From Candidatus Zhuqueibacterota bacterium (GTDB lineage: Bacteria > Zhuqueibacterota > Zhuqueibacteria > Thermofontimicrobiales > Thiofontviventaceae), in assembly GCA_036351795.1 (NCBI GenBank), contig JAZBPW010000125.1:27171-91170 (forward strand): a stretch of 64,000 nucleotides of DNA. Direction: 5' to 3'. Under the pieces are notes generated by a model that had not been told where the DNA came from, did not search any database, and saw nothing but the letters and a program-made list of their open reading frames with translations. Each line of letters starts with the position of its first letter. Position 1 is the stretch's first letter. The position numbers and the translations under genes were made by a program. This document shows positions 49,665 to 59,736 of the stretch, piece after piece.

Positions 49665-51302
49665 ATGTCTTATCTGGTCCTGGCACGCAAATGGCGTCCG
49701 ATGACATTTGAGGAGGTTATTGGTCAAAAACATGTCGTGATAACCATCCAAAACGCGATTAAGAGCAACCGTCTCGCGAACGCTTATCTCTTCGCCGGTC
49801 CGAGGGGCGTTGGTAAAACCACTGTCGCCCGGATTCTCGCCAAAGCAATCAACTGTGAAAATGGACCAACCCCTACGCCATGCAACGAATGTGCCTACTG
49901 TCAGGATATCACACAGGGCAGAAGTCTTGATGTACTTGAAATTGACGGAGCTTCAAATCGCGGGATCGATGAGGTCCGCAATCTGAGAGAGAATATCAAG
50001 TATGCGCCGTCCCGGGGCAAGCACAAGATCTATATAATCGATGAAGTTCATATGCTCACAGATCCGGCGTTCAATGCGTTGTTGAAAACGCTTGAAGAAC
50101 CGCCCAAAAATGTGATGTTTATTTTTGCGACAACAGAACCGCATAGAATTTTACCGACCATTCTTTCCAGATGCCAGCGCTTCGATTTCAAGCGTATCAC
50201 GCATGCAGAGATCATGGAACATTTGAAAAATATGAGCGAAAAGGAATCTATCAAGATCGAAGCCGAGGCTCTTCATTTGATCGCAACAAAATCTGACGGA
50301 AGCATGCGTGACGCACAGAGCCTGCTGGATCAGGCGGTCTCTTTCTCCGGAGAAGAGATAACCTCAAAAGAAGTGGCAGAGCTTCTTGGTGTGATTGACC
50401 AGGAAATTTTCTTCAGAACAACACAACTGTTATCGAAAAAGGACAGAAAAGCTGGACTTGAACTTATCGATGAAATCTTTAAGAGTGGATTTGATCTCAC
50501 TGAGTATCTCGCCGGTCTGAATGAACACCTCAGAAATATATTGTTGGTCAAGGCAACGCATTCAGTCGACCTGTTGGAAACATCGGATAGCATCACTGAT
50601 AAATACAGATCCGGCGCAGAGGATTTTGGTGAGCAAGATCTGCTCAGACTCATTAACATCATTTCAGACACAGAGTATCTTATTAAGAGAAGCGCAAATA
50701 AAAGATTAACATTAGAAATTGCTTTAATGAAATTAATTAATGTTTCTTTTACCAAAGAAATAGATGTGCTTCTGACTGAAATAGGAGATATAAAGAATCA
50801 GATATCCAATACTGATCTCCGGGCATCAGTGAATGTGACTGAAAATAAACAGACCCCTGAAAAAAAAAATGATAATCCAGTCAGAATCGCAGAAAAAGTA
50901 ACAACGAAAGCTGAAAATAATAGCAAAACAGTACGCATCGAAGATGTACAGGAGCGTTGGCCGGAAATTGTCGATGAGGTGAAGAAGATCAAGATTGCCA
51001 TGGGGTCATTCTTGAACGAAGGTGTTCCTACGAAAATCGAGGATAATACTGTGGTGATATCGTTTGGTACCCAGAATGGATTCCATATGGAAAATGTCAT
51101 GAAAAATCCCCGCATCATCGAGAATATGATGAACAAGCTCTTGCAAGCCGATTTAAGGATAAGGTGTATTAAAGACAGCAGCCTTGTCACCGATGAAAAG
51201 GCTGTTGATCAGGGAAGAGACATTATACTGGAGAAACTGGCCTCGGAGGTATCTCAGGTAAAAACAATACTCGAAGTGTTCGATGTGGAAATTATTCGAT
51301 AG
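49665..51302 (+). CDS. dnaX: DNA polymerase III subunit tau/gamma
   Basis: YLVLARKWRP, GPRGVGKTT, CNECAYC zinc motif, EIDGASNRGID, IIDEVHML, ALLKTLEEPP, SRCQRF. Confidence 0.98.
   Translation: MSYLVLARKWRPMTFEEVIGQKHVVITIQNAIKSNRLANAYLFAGPRGVGKTTVARILAKAINCENGPTPTPCNECAYCQDITQGRSLDVLEIDGASNRGIDEVRNLRENIKYAPSRGKHKIYIIDEVHMLTDPAFNALLKTLEEPPKNVMFIFATTEPHRILPTILSRCQRFDFKRITHAEIMEHLKNMSEKESIKIEAEALHLIATKSDGSMRDAQSLLDQAVSFSGEEITSKEVAELLGVIDQEIFFRTTQLLSKKDRKAGLELIDEIFKSGFDLTEYLAGLNEHLRNILLVKATHSVDLLETSDSITDKYRSGAEDFGEQDLLRLINIISDTEYLIKRSANKRLTLEIALMKLINVSFTKEIDVLLTEIGDIKNQISNTDLRASVNVTENKQTPEKKNDNPVRIAEKVTTKAENNSKTVRIEDVQERWPEIVDEVKKIKIAMGSFLNEGVPTKIEDNTVVISFGTQNGFHMENVMKNPRIIENMMNKLLQADLRIRCIKDSSLVTDEKAVDQGRDIILEKLASEVSQVKTILEVFDVEIIR
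50859..50872 (+). other. Candidate programmed slippage/frameshift site in dnaX (A10 followed by a -1 frame TGA)
   Basis: GAA AAA AAA AAT GAT: A run at 50860-50869, TGA at 50870-50872 in the -1 frame, at codon ~400 after domain III. Confidence 0.6.
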
Positions 51303-51319
51303 AGAGCAGGAGAGATTGA

Positions 51320-51661
51320 ATGAATATTGGTGATTTTGGATCAATTTTTAAAAACATGCAAAAACTCAAAGATGAAATTGCGAAGGTACAGCAGCAACTG
51401 GAGCAGATAGAGGTGCAGGGAAGTGCCGGTGGCGGTATGGTGACTGTAACAGCGAACGCACGGATGCAAATATTGCAGGTGAAGATTGAGGATGACGTGT
51501 ACAAGTCTGATGACAGGGAAATGCTGGAAAATCTGATCGTATCCGCTATGAACCAGGCGATCGAGAACGCTCAGAAAAAAGCAAATGAACAGATGAGTGA
51601 AGCAACAGGCGGATTACTCAGGAATTTGCCGGAAGGGCTGAACATCCCGGGTATTATTTGA
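51320..51661 (+). CDS. ebfC: YbaB/EbfC nucleoid-associated protein
   Basis: GSAGGGMVTVTAN, EMLENLIVSAMNQA; lies between dnaX and recR. Confidence 0.93.
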   Translation: MNIGDFGSIFKNMQKLKDEIAKVQQQLEQIEVQGSAGGGMVTVTANARMQILQVKIEDDVYKSDDREMLENLIVSAMNQAIENAQKKANEQMSEATGGLLRNLPEGLNIPGII

Positions 51662-51668
51662 GGGGAAT

Positions 51669-52268
51669 GTGATGCCTTATTTTGCAGAATCGGTTCAGAA
51701 AGCGGTGGATGAATTATCGAAGTTGCCCGGAATTGGTAAAAAATCTGCTCAACGACTTGTCTTTTATCTGATGAAGTTACCAAAAACCGAGGTTGAATCA
51801 CTCACCGATGCGTTGATAGAGATCAAGGACAAAGCGAAGTATTGTTCAATATGCTTCAACATCACGGAAGAAGATCCATGTCCAATATGTTCGAATAACA
51901 GACGTGACCACAGAACAATTTGCGTCGTTGAAGAGGCAAGAGATGTCGTCGCTCTTGAGAAGACAGGGGAATTCAGAGGATTGTATCATGTTCTCGGCGG
52001 GGCTCTATCCCCACTCGACGGAATCGGGCCTGACGATTTGAAAATCAAAGAGTTGATGACACGCTTGAAGGATGAGGTACAGGAAATTATCATTGCGACG
52101 AATCCGAATACTGAGGGCGAGGCAACGGCCATTTATCTGTCAAGACTCATAAAGAATCTTGATATACGAGTAACAAGGATTGCCAGAGGGATTCCGATGG
52201 GGACGGATCTTGAATATGCCGATGAAATTACGTTAACGCGTGCCATTGAAGGTAGAACGCGTTATTAA
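51669..52268 (+). CDS. recR: Recombination mediator RecR
   Basis: LPGIGKKSAQRL, CSICFN...CPIC, CVVE, YHVLGG.LSPLDG, ATNPNTEGEAT. Confidence 0.98.
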   Translation: MMPYFAESVQKAVDELSKLPGIGKKSAQRLVFYLMKLPKTEVESLTDALIEIKDKAKYCSICFNITEEDPCPICSNNRRDHRTICVVEEARDVVALEKTGEFRGLYHVLGGALSPLDGIGPDDLKIKELMTRLKDEVQEIIIATNPNTEGEATAIYLSRLIKNLDIRVTRIARGIPMGTDLEYADEITLTRAIEGRTRY

Positions 52269-52343
52269 TGTTAATCAAGGAATATTCTACATACATAACT
52301 GATTTAAAATCGAACGGTTGAAAGAGGATAACAAGGGAAGCGA

Positions 52344-52970
52344 ATGAACATACCCACTCAGTTGACAGTGCTTCGAATAATCCTGACACCGGTTTTTTGC
52401 TATACGCTGTTTGTTGAACAAATATTAGCCAAATATCTGTCTTTTCTCATATTTGGTATCGCAAGTCTGACCGATCTATACGATGGCCATATCGCTAAAA
52501 AGTATGGATATGTAACAAAATGGGGTAAATTCCTCGATCCTCTTGCGGACAAGATTCTGATCTCGACTGCATTGGTCGCTTTCCACATTCTCGGATATGT
52601 TCAATTATGGGTTGTCATCGCGATTGTTGGCAGAGATTTTCTTATAACCGGCCTTCGATCCTATGCGCTATATAAGAATCATCCCATTGTGACACGAGAG
52701 TGGGCAAGGTGGAAGACCTTTCTGCAAATGACTTCGATATTTGTTGTCTTCATATTTCTTTTGCTCGATCAACACTCTATTTTCTATGAGAAAAAGATAC
52801 CCGTCGTTACTTTCCTCAAGAGAATAGACTTTACGGAGCATTTGATGTCATTCGTTGCAATTGTGACGCTGACAACGGGCGTGATGTATTTTATCGAGAA
52901 TCGAGATCAGTTGAAACATATCTTAACATCATTTTATAAACTCTTCGCACCTTACTCCGATGTTGAATAA
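52344..52970 (+). CDS. pgsA: CDP-diacylglycerol--glycerol-3-phosphate 3-phosphatidyltransferase
   Basis: NIPTQLTVLRI, TDLYDGHIAKKYG.VTKWGKFLDPLADK. Confidence 0.9.
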   Translation: MNIPTQLTVLRIILTPVFCYTLFVEQILAKYLSFLIFGIASLTDLYDGHIAKKYGYVTKWGKFLDPLADKILISTALVAFHILGYVQLWVVIAIVGRDFLITGLRSYALYKNHPIVTREWARWKTFLQMTSIFVVFIFLLLDQHSIFYEKKIPVVTFLKRIDFTEHLMSFVAIVTLTTGVMYFIENRDQLKHILTSFYKLFAPYSDVE

Positions 52971-53418
52971 ATTGATATCCACGGCATTGGGAGCGGGATA
53001 TTCTCCAATCGCTCCTGGGACAGCAGGCTCACTCGTAGCTGTAGCGCTGTATTGGTTTGTACCGTGGCCAAATGCAACGCTTTTTCTCGCTACGATTGTA
53101 GTGCTGTTTGTGATTGGTCTACTGTCCTCAACAATGACGGAAAAAGAGAGTGTCCGTCGATTGGGTGAGAAGGGGCATGATCCCCAAATCGTTGTGATAG
53201 ATGAAGTTGTGGGTATGTTTATTGCCTGCCTTTCTATGAGAAAGACGGTCTGGTTTATTCTTGCAGGCTTTGTACTCTTCCGCTTTTTTGATATTACGAA
53301 GCCGTTTCCGATCAATAAGTCTCAACATCTTCCAGGGGGGTGGGGAATCATGATGGATGACGTCATCGCTGGATTGTATGCCTTTCTATTGATAGAAGCA
53401 TTTTACCTTCTCACCTGA
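52960..53418 (+). CDS. pgpA: Phosphatidylglycerophosphatase A
   Basis: GAGYSPIAPGTAGSL, DPQIVVIDEVVG, FRFFDITKPFPI, GGWGIMMDDVIAG. Confidence 0.93.
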   Translation: MLNKLISTALGAGYSPIAPGTAGSLVAVALYWFVPWPNATLFLATIVVLFVIGLLSSTMTEKESVRRLGEKGHDPQIVVIDEVVGMFIACLSMRKTVWFILAGFVLFRFFDITKPFPINKSQHLPGGWGIMMDDVIAGLYAFLLIEAFYLLT

Positions 53419-53550
53419 ATAAACCGTCACTAGCCAGGAACGTGAACCGCTCTAGAAAGTTTCGCTGCTGATTTCGTCGCGTAGGAACGGCAACCAAATT
53501 TATTTATGGATTTTCATGTATATTCTTATCTTATTGAAGGATGGCTTTAG

Positions 53551-54777
53551 ATGATTGCAGAAATTGTATCTATCGGGGATGAAATTCTCGTCGGCCAAAC
53601 GATAAACACGAATGCGGCTTATATTGGTAAAAGGCTGCAGGAGACGGGAGTCGAAGTCAAGTGGATGACTGCCATTGGCGATAATGAGGCAGATTTGATC
53701 ACTCTGCTGAAATATGCAGAAGAGAGATCGGATGTGATCATCTTTACAGGCGGATTGGGACCGACTCATGATGATATGACGAAAAATGTATTTGCAAAAT
53801 ATTTTCATTCTCATTTGAAGCTGAATGAACAGATTTTGAAGAATATCAAGGACTTTTTCGATAAACGGGGCGTCGAAATGCCGAAGATAAACGAAGAACA
53901 GGCGATGATACCGGATAATGCTATTGTTTTTGAGAACGAAAATGGCACGGCACCCGGATTATTTTTCAAAAACAGGAATGCCATGTTTTTCGTGCTGCCC
54001 GGAGTACCACTGGAAATGAAAGCCATGATCGATACCAAAGTAATTCCTCTGCTTAAAGATCTGACAAACGATTTCATCAGAATTAAAAAGATCAAAACCT
54101 TTGGAATAGGAGAATCATCTCTCTTTGAAAAACTCGGTAACATACAAGATTATGAGCGATTTGTAAAAGTCGCATTCCTCCCTAAGATTGAGGGCGTCGA
54201 GATGCGCCTTACAGCCACTGCACTTGATGAGAAGACATCTCTGAGAAATATCGAACAGGCAGAATCGATGATCCGGCTACGGGTCGGTGACTATATTTGG
54301 GGTGTAGATGACGATACGATCGAAGAGCGCGTATCCCGTCAATTGCTGAACCAAGACAAAAGAGTATCGCTGGTGGAGTCGGTCACAGGGGGGAAAGTCG
54401 TGGATAAGCTATCGAACCATTCAGATAGTTCACAGTTCATGGATCAGGGGATGGTATTCTCAAATGAGAGGGATGCTTTGATGGCTTTGGGGTTGGATAA
54501 GCTCAGCGGCATGGCAGATGAGTTGGAAATCGTATCAGCGATCGCTTCTCGAGCCAGGGAACAGGGCAATTCCGATTATGGCGTGGCAACCAGCGGTCTC
54601 GCAAGCACGGAATCCAAGGACACATTTGGTTACGTGAATGTAGCGATCGTCGATGAAAATAGTTTTCATACCGCTCGAATGATATTGAAACGGGACAGGC
54701 AATTGAACAAGGCGAGAGCCGCGAATTTCGCATTGTATGAATTCCTGCGCTTCCTTATGCAAAAAAATAAGACTTGA
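53551..54777 (+). CDS. cinA: CinA-family competence/damage-inducible protein (MocF-like domain + degenerate PncC domain)
   Basis: GDEILVGQTINTN, GGLGPTHDDMT, NGTAPG, LPGVP.EM; C-terminal ESVTGG, but other PncC motifs are eroded. Confidence 0.9.
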   Translation: MIAEIVSIGDEILVGQTINTNAAYIGKRLQETGVEVKWMTAIGDNEADLITLLKYAEERSDVIIFTGGLGPTHDDMTKNVFAKYFHSHLKLNEQILKNIKDFFDKRGVEMPKINEEQAMIPDNAIVFENENGTAPGLFFKNRNAMFFVLPGVPLEMKAMIDTKVIPLLKDLTNDFIRIKKIKTFGIGESSLFEKLGNIQDYERFVKVAFLPKIEGVEMRLTATALDEKTSLRNIEQAESMIRLRVGDYIWGVDDDTIEERVSRQLLNQDKRVSLVESVTGGKVVDKLSNHSDSSQFMDQGMVFSNERDALMALGLDKLSGMADELEIVSAIASRAREQGNSDYGVATSGLASTESKDTFGYVNVAIVDENSFHTARMILKRDRQLNKARAANFALYEFLRFLMQKNKT

Positions 54778-54802
54778 CTCGATTATAATATTTGGTTATA
54801 TT
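54774..54802 (+). promoter_or_regulatory. Candidate sigma70 promoter for thpR-recA-recX
   Basis: TTGACT (54774-54779)-N17-TATATT (54797-54802), 7 nt before ATG 54810. Confidence 0.6.
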
Positions 54803-54809
54803 CATTGAA

Positions 54810-55373
54810 ATGAATAAGATAAGAACATTTATAGCGATTGAGATACCGCCTCACATCAAAAAAGAAATCTCTGAATTTCAACGACATCTCATGGTCAGAG
54901 ATACGCGTATCAGCTGGCCAAAACCGGACAATATTCATATTACGCTGAAATTTGTCGGAGATGTAGAAACGAATGCTATTACAGCAATCACCGAAGCAGT
55001 TGAAAAGGGAGTAGAACAGATACCCCCGTTCAATGTCAAAATTGTGGGTGTCGGAACTTTTCCCTCTGGTCGAAAGCCGAGAATACTTTGGATCGGAGCG
55101 AAGAGTGAGAATAGCTTGATGGTTAAGTGCGCTGATAATATCGACCAAAAGCTCGAAGAATTGGGATACGAAAAGGAGACAAGGCCATTCAGAGCCCATC
55201 TCACGCTGGGCAGGGTCAAATCGCAGTTCAAAATAGATGAGGTATTGGACAGATTGAATGAGAGTCGTGATTTTGAATGCGACGATTTTCTTGCGTCCGA
55301 AATTATCGTTGTGCAGAGCACGTTACACGCATCCGGGGCAATTTATACCCCACTGAAACGAATCAGATTATAA
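54810..55373 (+). CDS. thpR: RNA 2',3'-cyclic phosphodiesterase (2H family)
   Basis: RTFIAI, HITLKF and HLTLGR 2H motifs, GAIYTPL. ATG 54810 preferred over TTG 54792. Confidence 0.92.
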   Translation: MNKIRTFIAIEIPPHIKKEISEFQRHLMVRDTRISWPKPDNIHITLKFVGDVETNAITAITEAVEKGVEQIPPFNVKIVGVGTFPSGRKPRILWIGAKSENSLMVKCADNIDQKLEELGYEKETRPFRAHLTLGRVKSQFKIDEVLDRLNESRDFECDDFLASEIIVVQSTLHASGAIYTPLKRIRL

Positions 55374-55392
55374 CAAACGATCGGAGAACACT

Positions 55393-56454
55393 ATGGCCGA
55401 TGTAATGAATGAAAAGAAAAAGGCACTGGAATTGGCTTTGGGCCAGATCGACAGACAGTTCGGCAAGGGATCTGTCATGAAGCTGGGAGAGAAGCCTGTA
55501 GACGATTCGATAAGGATCATTCCCACAGGTTCCATCTCTATTGATGCCGCGCTGGGAATAGGTGGTGTTCCGCGGGGACGGATTATTGAGATTTACGGAC
55601 CAGAATCTTCCGGTAAAACCACGCTTGCGTTACATATTATTGCTGAGTCACAAAAACTCGGAGGACTGGCGGCATTTATAGACGCGGAGCATGCGCTTGA
55701 TGCTGCCTATGCAAAGAATCTTGGTGTGAACACGGATGAACTTCTGATCTCTCAGCCGGATTCAGGTGAACAGGCGCTGGAGATAACCGAGACGCTGGTA
55801 CGCAGTGGCGCTCTGGATGTCGTTGTTGTGGACTCTGTTGCCGCACTTGTACCGCGCGCCGAACTGGAAGGCGAAATGGGAGATGCTCAGATGGGTCTGC
55901 AGGCAAGACTGATGTCTCAGGCAATGAGAAAACTGTCCGGAGCAATCAGCAAATCCAACACCTGTGTTGTATTCATCAACCAGATCAGGGAAAAGATCGG
56001 CATCATGTTTGGAAGTCCGGAGACGACCACCGGTGGAAGAGCTTTGAAGTTTTACTCGACTGTACGCATGGATGTCCGCCGGATATCGTCGATCAAGGAT
56101 AAGGAGGTGATCATCGGCAACAGGACAAAAGTAAAAGTAGTGAAAAATAAGGTGGCGCCACCATTCAGAGAGGCTGAATTCGATATCATGTATGGAACCG
56201 GCATTTCCAAAGAGGGGGATATCATTGATGTCGCCGTAAAATACAATATTATCGAGAAAAGTGGTACGTGGTTTTCCTACGGAGAGGAGCGTCTCGGCCA
56301 GGGACGGGAAAATGTGAAAAGATTTTTACTGGAGAACCCGGATATTTATGCGGACGTCGAAAAAAAGGTGAGAAATACGCTTGGATTATCACCGGATACG
56401 AAAAAACAAAACGAAGGTAAAAAATCTGACGAAACGGAAAATAACAAAGATTGA
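55393..56454 (+). CDS. recA: Recombinase RecA
   Basis: [53 protein letters not shown]. Confidence 0.99.
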   Translation: MADVMNEKKKALELALGQIDRQFGKGSVMKLGEKPVDDSIRIIPTGSISIDAALGIGGVPRGRIIEIYGPESSGKTTLALHIIAESQKLGGLAAFIDAEHALDAAYAKNLGVNTDELLISQPDSGEQALEITETLVRSGALDVVVVDSVAALVPRAELEGEMGDAQMGLQARLMSQAMRKLSGAISKSNTCVVFINQIREKIGIMFGSPETTTGGRALKFYSTVRMDVRRISSIKDKEVIIGNRTKVKVVKNKVAPPFREAEFDIMYGTGISKEGDIIDVAVKYNIIEKSGTWFSYGEERLGQGRENVKRFLLENPDIYADVEKKVRNTLGLSPDTKKQNEGKKSDETENNKD

Positions 56455-57058
56455 GATTCAAAAAAAGCGCAAGAATCGTTGTTCGGTATTTCTTGACGAA
56501 GAATTTGCCTTTGGAATCGACCAGGAACTTCTCATTGAATTTGGCCTCGTAAACGGGGCCTTTTTATCTGATACAGATGTCGAAGCCATTCTCGAGGCTG
56601 AGAACAAGCGAGCGGCAAAGACACGCGCCTTTGGATTGCTCGCCTATCGCGATAGAAGTGAAAAGGAGATCCATGATCGTCTGAAAAAGATCGGATACGA
56701 TGAGGAGACAACCAATTGGGTTGTGTCGGAGCTGAAGCGGCTGAATCTGATTAATGATAAGCGTTTTGCCGTTTCATTTGCCAAATCGAAAATGATATCA
56801 AAACCGATGGGACGCTTTCTTCTCAAGCAGGAGCTATTACAAAAAGGTCTTAGTGATACAATTATTGAAATTACACTGGCTGAAGTGTATCAGGAGACGA
56901 GTGAGTCGTCGCTTGCGTTCGAACTCGCAGAAAAGCAGATGAAGAAGTACCGAACTCTTGAACAGCCCAAGGCGAAAAAAAGACTTAGCGATTTCCTAAT
57001 AAGGCGTGGCTTCAGCTGGGAAATTGTGAAAAATATTACACATCAGTTAAAATTATGA
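56381..57058 (+). CDS. recX: Regulatory protein RecX (start codon uncertain)
   Basis: [34 protein letters not shown]; overlaps the recA 3' end. Confidence 0.88.
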   Translation: MDYHRIRKNKTKVKNLTKRKITKIEIQKKRKNRCSVFLDEEFAFGIDQELLIEFGLVNGAFLSDTDVEAILEAENKRAAKTRAFGLLAYRDRSEKEIHDRLKKIGYDEETTNWVVSELKRLNLINDKRFAVSFAKSKMISKPMGRFLLKQELLQKGLSDTIIEITLAEVYQETSESSLAFELAEKQMKKYRTLEQPKAKKRLSDFLIRRGFSWEIVKNITHQLKL

Positions 57059-57111
57059 ATGTGGAATAGAATTTGTATGTTCAATAACCAACGTAGGAGT
57101 AAAATGTATTT

Positions 57112-59736
57112 ATGAAATCTGTCGATATACGAAATACGTTTATACAATTCTTTGAGGAACACAATCACAAGTTTGTGAAAAGTGCACCGGTTGTCCCGTT
57201 TGAGGATCCATCATTGCTTTTCACGAATGCGGGTATGAATCAGTTCAAGAACATCTTTCTCGGGTTGGAAAAACGTGATTACAACCGGGTAGCCAATACG
57301 CAAAAGTGCATACGGGTTAGCGGTAAACATAATGATCTCGAGGAAGTTGGAAAAGATACATACCATCATACATTTTTTGAAATGCTTGGAAACTGGTCTT
57401 TTGGTGATTACTATAAAAAAGAGGCCATTGTATGGGCATGGGAGTTGTTGACAGATGTCTGGAATCTTCCCAAAGACAAACTATATGCGACTGTATTCCG
57501 GGATGACGATGAAGCGGAAACATTGTGGCGAACGATGACCGATATCAAGAAGGACCATGTGCTGCGTTACGATGAAAAAGATAATTTCTGGGAAATGGGA
57601 GAAATCGGTCCCTGCGGGCCGTGTTCAGAGATTCATATCGATCTTGGACCGGAAGCTTGCGACAAGAAGCATGAGAAAGGACATCGATGCGAGATAAATG
57701 GCGGGTGTGCAAGATATATTGAGCTGTGGAATCTGGTTTTTATTCAATTCAACAGGGATGAAAGCGGAGAGTTGAAGGAACTTGCATCTAAACATATTGA
57801 TACCGGAATGGGATTTGAAAGAATAACCGCGGTGCTTCAGGGTGTTGGCTCAAATTATGAAACAGACCTCTTTATTCCAATTATCGATAAAATTTGTGAA
57901 ATGAGCGGTCATCAATACAGTTCCGAAGAGTCCGGGACACCGCATCGTGTGATAGCGGATCATGTCCGTGCTCTTACATTTGCCATCGCGGATGGAGCGC
58001 TGCCTTCGAATGAGGGACGAGGCTATGTATTGAGAAGAATTTTGCGCCGGGCTTCGCGTTTCGCCAGAAAATTGAATATGCATGAGCCGATAATATACAA
58101 GCTTGTCCCGGTGATCGTTGACGTGATGGGAGAGGCTTTTCCAGAGATATCAGAAAAGCATCAGTACGTATCCATGGTGATCAAGGCAGAAGAAGAGGGT
58201 TTTAATCAGACCGTTGACCGGGGTATTGAACTATTCGATAAATTGATCATAGATTTGAAAAGATCGGGAAAATCACAAATACCTGGAAAAGATGCATTCA
58301 AACTGTACGACACCTACGGCTTTCCATTGGATTTGACAATGCTGATGGCCGAAGAGAATCAATTTACTGTAGACACCGATGAGTTCAGTAAAGAGATGGA
58401 TGCCCAAAGGCAGCGGGCGCGGAAGTCGGGTAAATGGGAATATGCGGTGGACTTCAATTACGATAATTGGGATACCGTGACGCCAGGGATTGATTCTGTT
58501 TTTTGCGGCTACGATAAAATGGAGACAGGCGCGGAGATCAGAAAAGTCAAACGCGAAGAGGATGTTATCTTTCTTACGTTGAGCGAGACGCCGTTTTATG
58601 GCGAATCCGGTGGTCAGATCGGCGATATAGGGGAGATTCAGGGACGAAATTTCAAATTACAAATCGTGAACACTCTGAAAGAAGGAGAAAGGATCATACA
58701 TATCGCCAAAGGTAAGCTTCCTGACGGTGATATCGATCCATCTGTGACCGCAGTCATTGATAAAGAGAGGAGAACGCGCACAGCCCGTAACCATACGGCG
58801 ACGCACCTGTTGCAGGCGGCGCTGAGGAGTGTGCTGGGTGACCATGTTCACCAGACAGGGTCCTATGTATCACCGGAACGTTTGCGTTTCGATTTGACAC
58901 ACTTTGAGAAAATATCGAAAAATGAGCTGGAAAAAATAGAGAAGATAGTGAACAGTAAGATCATGGAAAATCTGGATGTCACACCTGTTGAATTATCGCT
59001 TGATGACGCGAGAAATGAAGGCGCGATGATGTTATTCGGGGAAAAATATGATGAGCAGGTACGCATGATCAAAATAGATGATTACAGCAAAGAACTGTGT
59101 GGTGGTACGCATCTACGAATGACGGGGGAAATGGGGTCCTTTCGAATCGTCTCTGAGGCAAGCGTTGCATCAGGAGTGAGAAGAATTGAGGCGATCACCG
59201 GCGATTATGCCTATGAGCATGCCGTGAAGGAAAAGGAAATCATAGAATCGCTCAAGGAGAAACTCAACGTCATACCTGATGAACTTGTCACTCGTGTGGA
59301 AACCATGATCACGGAGAAAAAGAATCTCGAAAAAGAGATTCAGACTATGAAAGCAGAAGAGGCTCAGGACGATATTCAGAAGATAGTTGATAGTGCCAAG
59401 TCCTTGAACGGCATGAAAATTGTATTATCAGAGATTAAGACCTCGGATATCGAGAGCCTGAAAACAACGGGCGATATTCTGCGCAACAGTTTGAAATCAG
59501 GCGTGGGGGTTCTGGCCACTGTCATTCATGGAAAGGTCAATTTTCTTTGCGTTGTGACCGACGATCTGGTCAAGGACAAGAAATTCCACGCCGGCGAAAT
59601 CGTGAAGAAGGTGGCGGCAATTGCAGGTGGTTCCGGAGGCGGAAGACCACACCTGGCTTTGGCCGGAGCGCGGGATGCAGGCAAGATCGCTAAAGCGCTG
59701 GAAGAGGCGGAAGAAATTATTCGGGGGATTGCATGA
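57112..59736 (+). CDS. alaS: Alanine--tRNA ligase
   Basis: LLFTNAGMNQFK, HHTFFEMLGNWSFGDY, IDTGMGFER, NHTATHLLQ, ELCGGTH, GGSGGGRP. Confidence 0.99.
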   Translation: MKSVDIRNTFIQFFEEHNHKFVKSAPVVPFEDPSLLFTNAGMNQFKNIFLGLEKRDYNRVANTQKCIRVSGKHNDLEEVGKDTYHHTFFEMLGNWSFGDYYKKEAIVWAWELLTDVWNLPKDKLYATVFRDDDEAETLWRTMTDIKKDHVLRYDEKDNFWEMGEIGPCGPCSEIHIDLGPEACDKKHEKGHRCEINGGCARYIELWNLVFIQFNRDESGELKELASKHIDTGMGFERITAVLQGVGSNYETDLFIPIIDKICEMSGHQYSSEESGTPHRVIADHVRALTFAIADGALPSNEGRGYVLRRILRRASRFARKLNMHEPIIYKLVPVIVDVMGEAFPEISEKHQYVSMVIKAEEEGFNQTVDRGIELFDKLIIDLKRSGKSQIPGKDAFKLYDTYGFPLDLTMLMAEENQFTVDTDEFSKEMDAQRQRARKSGKWEYAVDFNYDNWDTVTPGIDSVFCGYDKMETGAEIRKVKREEDVIFLTLSETPFYGESGGQIGDIGEIQGRNFKLQIVNTLKEGERIIHIAKGKLPDGDIDPSVTAVIDKERRTRTARNHTATHLLQAALRSVLGDHVHQTGSYVSPERLRFDLTHFEKISKNELEKIEKIVNSKIMENLDVTPVELSLDDARNEGAMMLFGEKYDEQVRMIKIDDYSKELCGGTHLRMTGEMGSFRIVSEASVASGVRRIEAITGDYAYEHAVKEKEIIESLKEKLNVIPDELVTRVETMITEKKNLEKEIQTMKAEEAQDDIQKIVDSAKSLNGMKIVLSEIKTSDIESLKTTGDILRNSLKSGVGVLATVIHGKVNFLCVVTDDLVKDKKFHAGEIVKKVAAIAGGSGGGRPHLALAGARDAGKIAKALEEAEEIIRGIA

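Noticed and set aside
47875-49751. Several ORF-track ORFs over the tRNA cluster and SRP RNA (e.g. 47996-48589, 48109-48357, 49326-49751)
   Set aside because: They overlap structural RNA genes and have no protein motifs.
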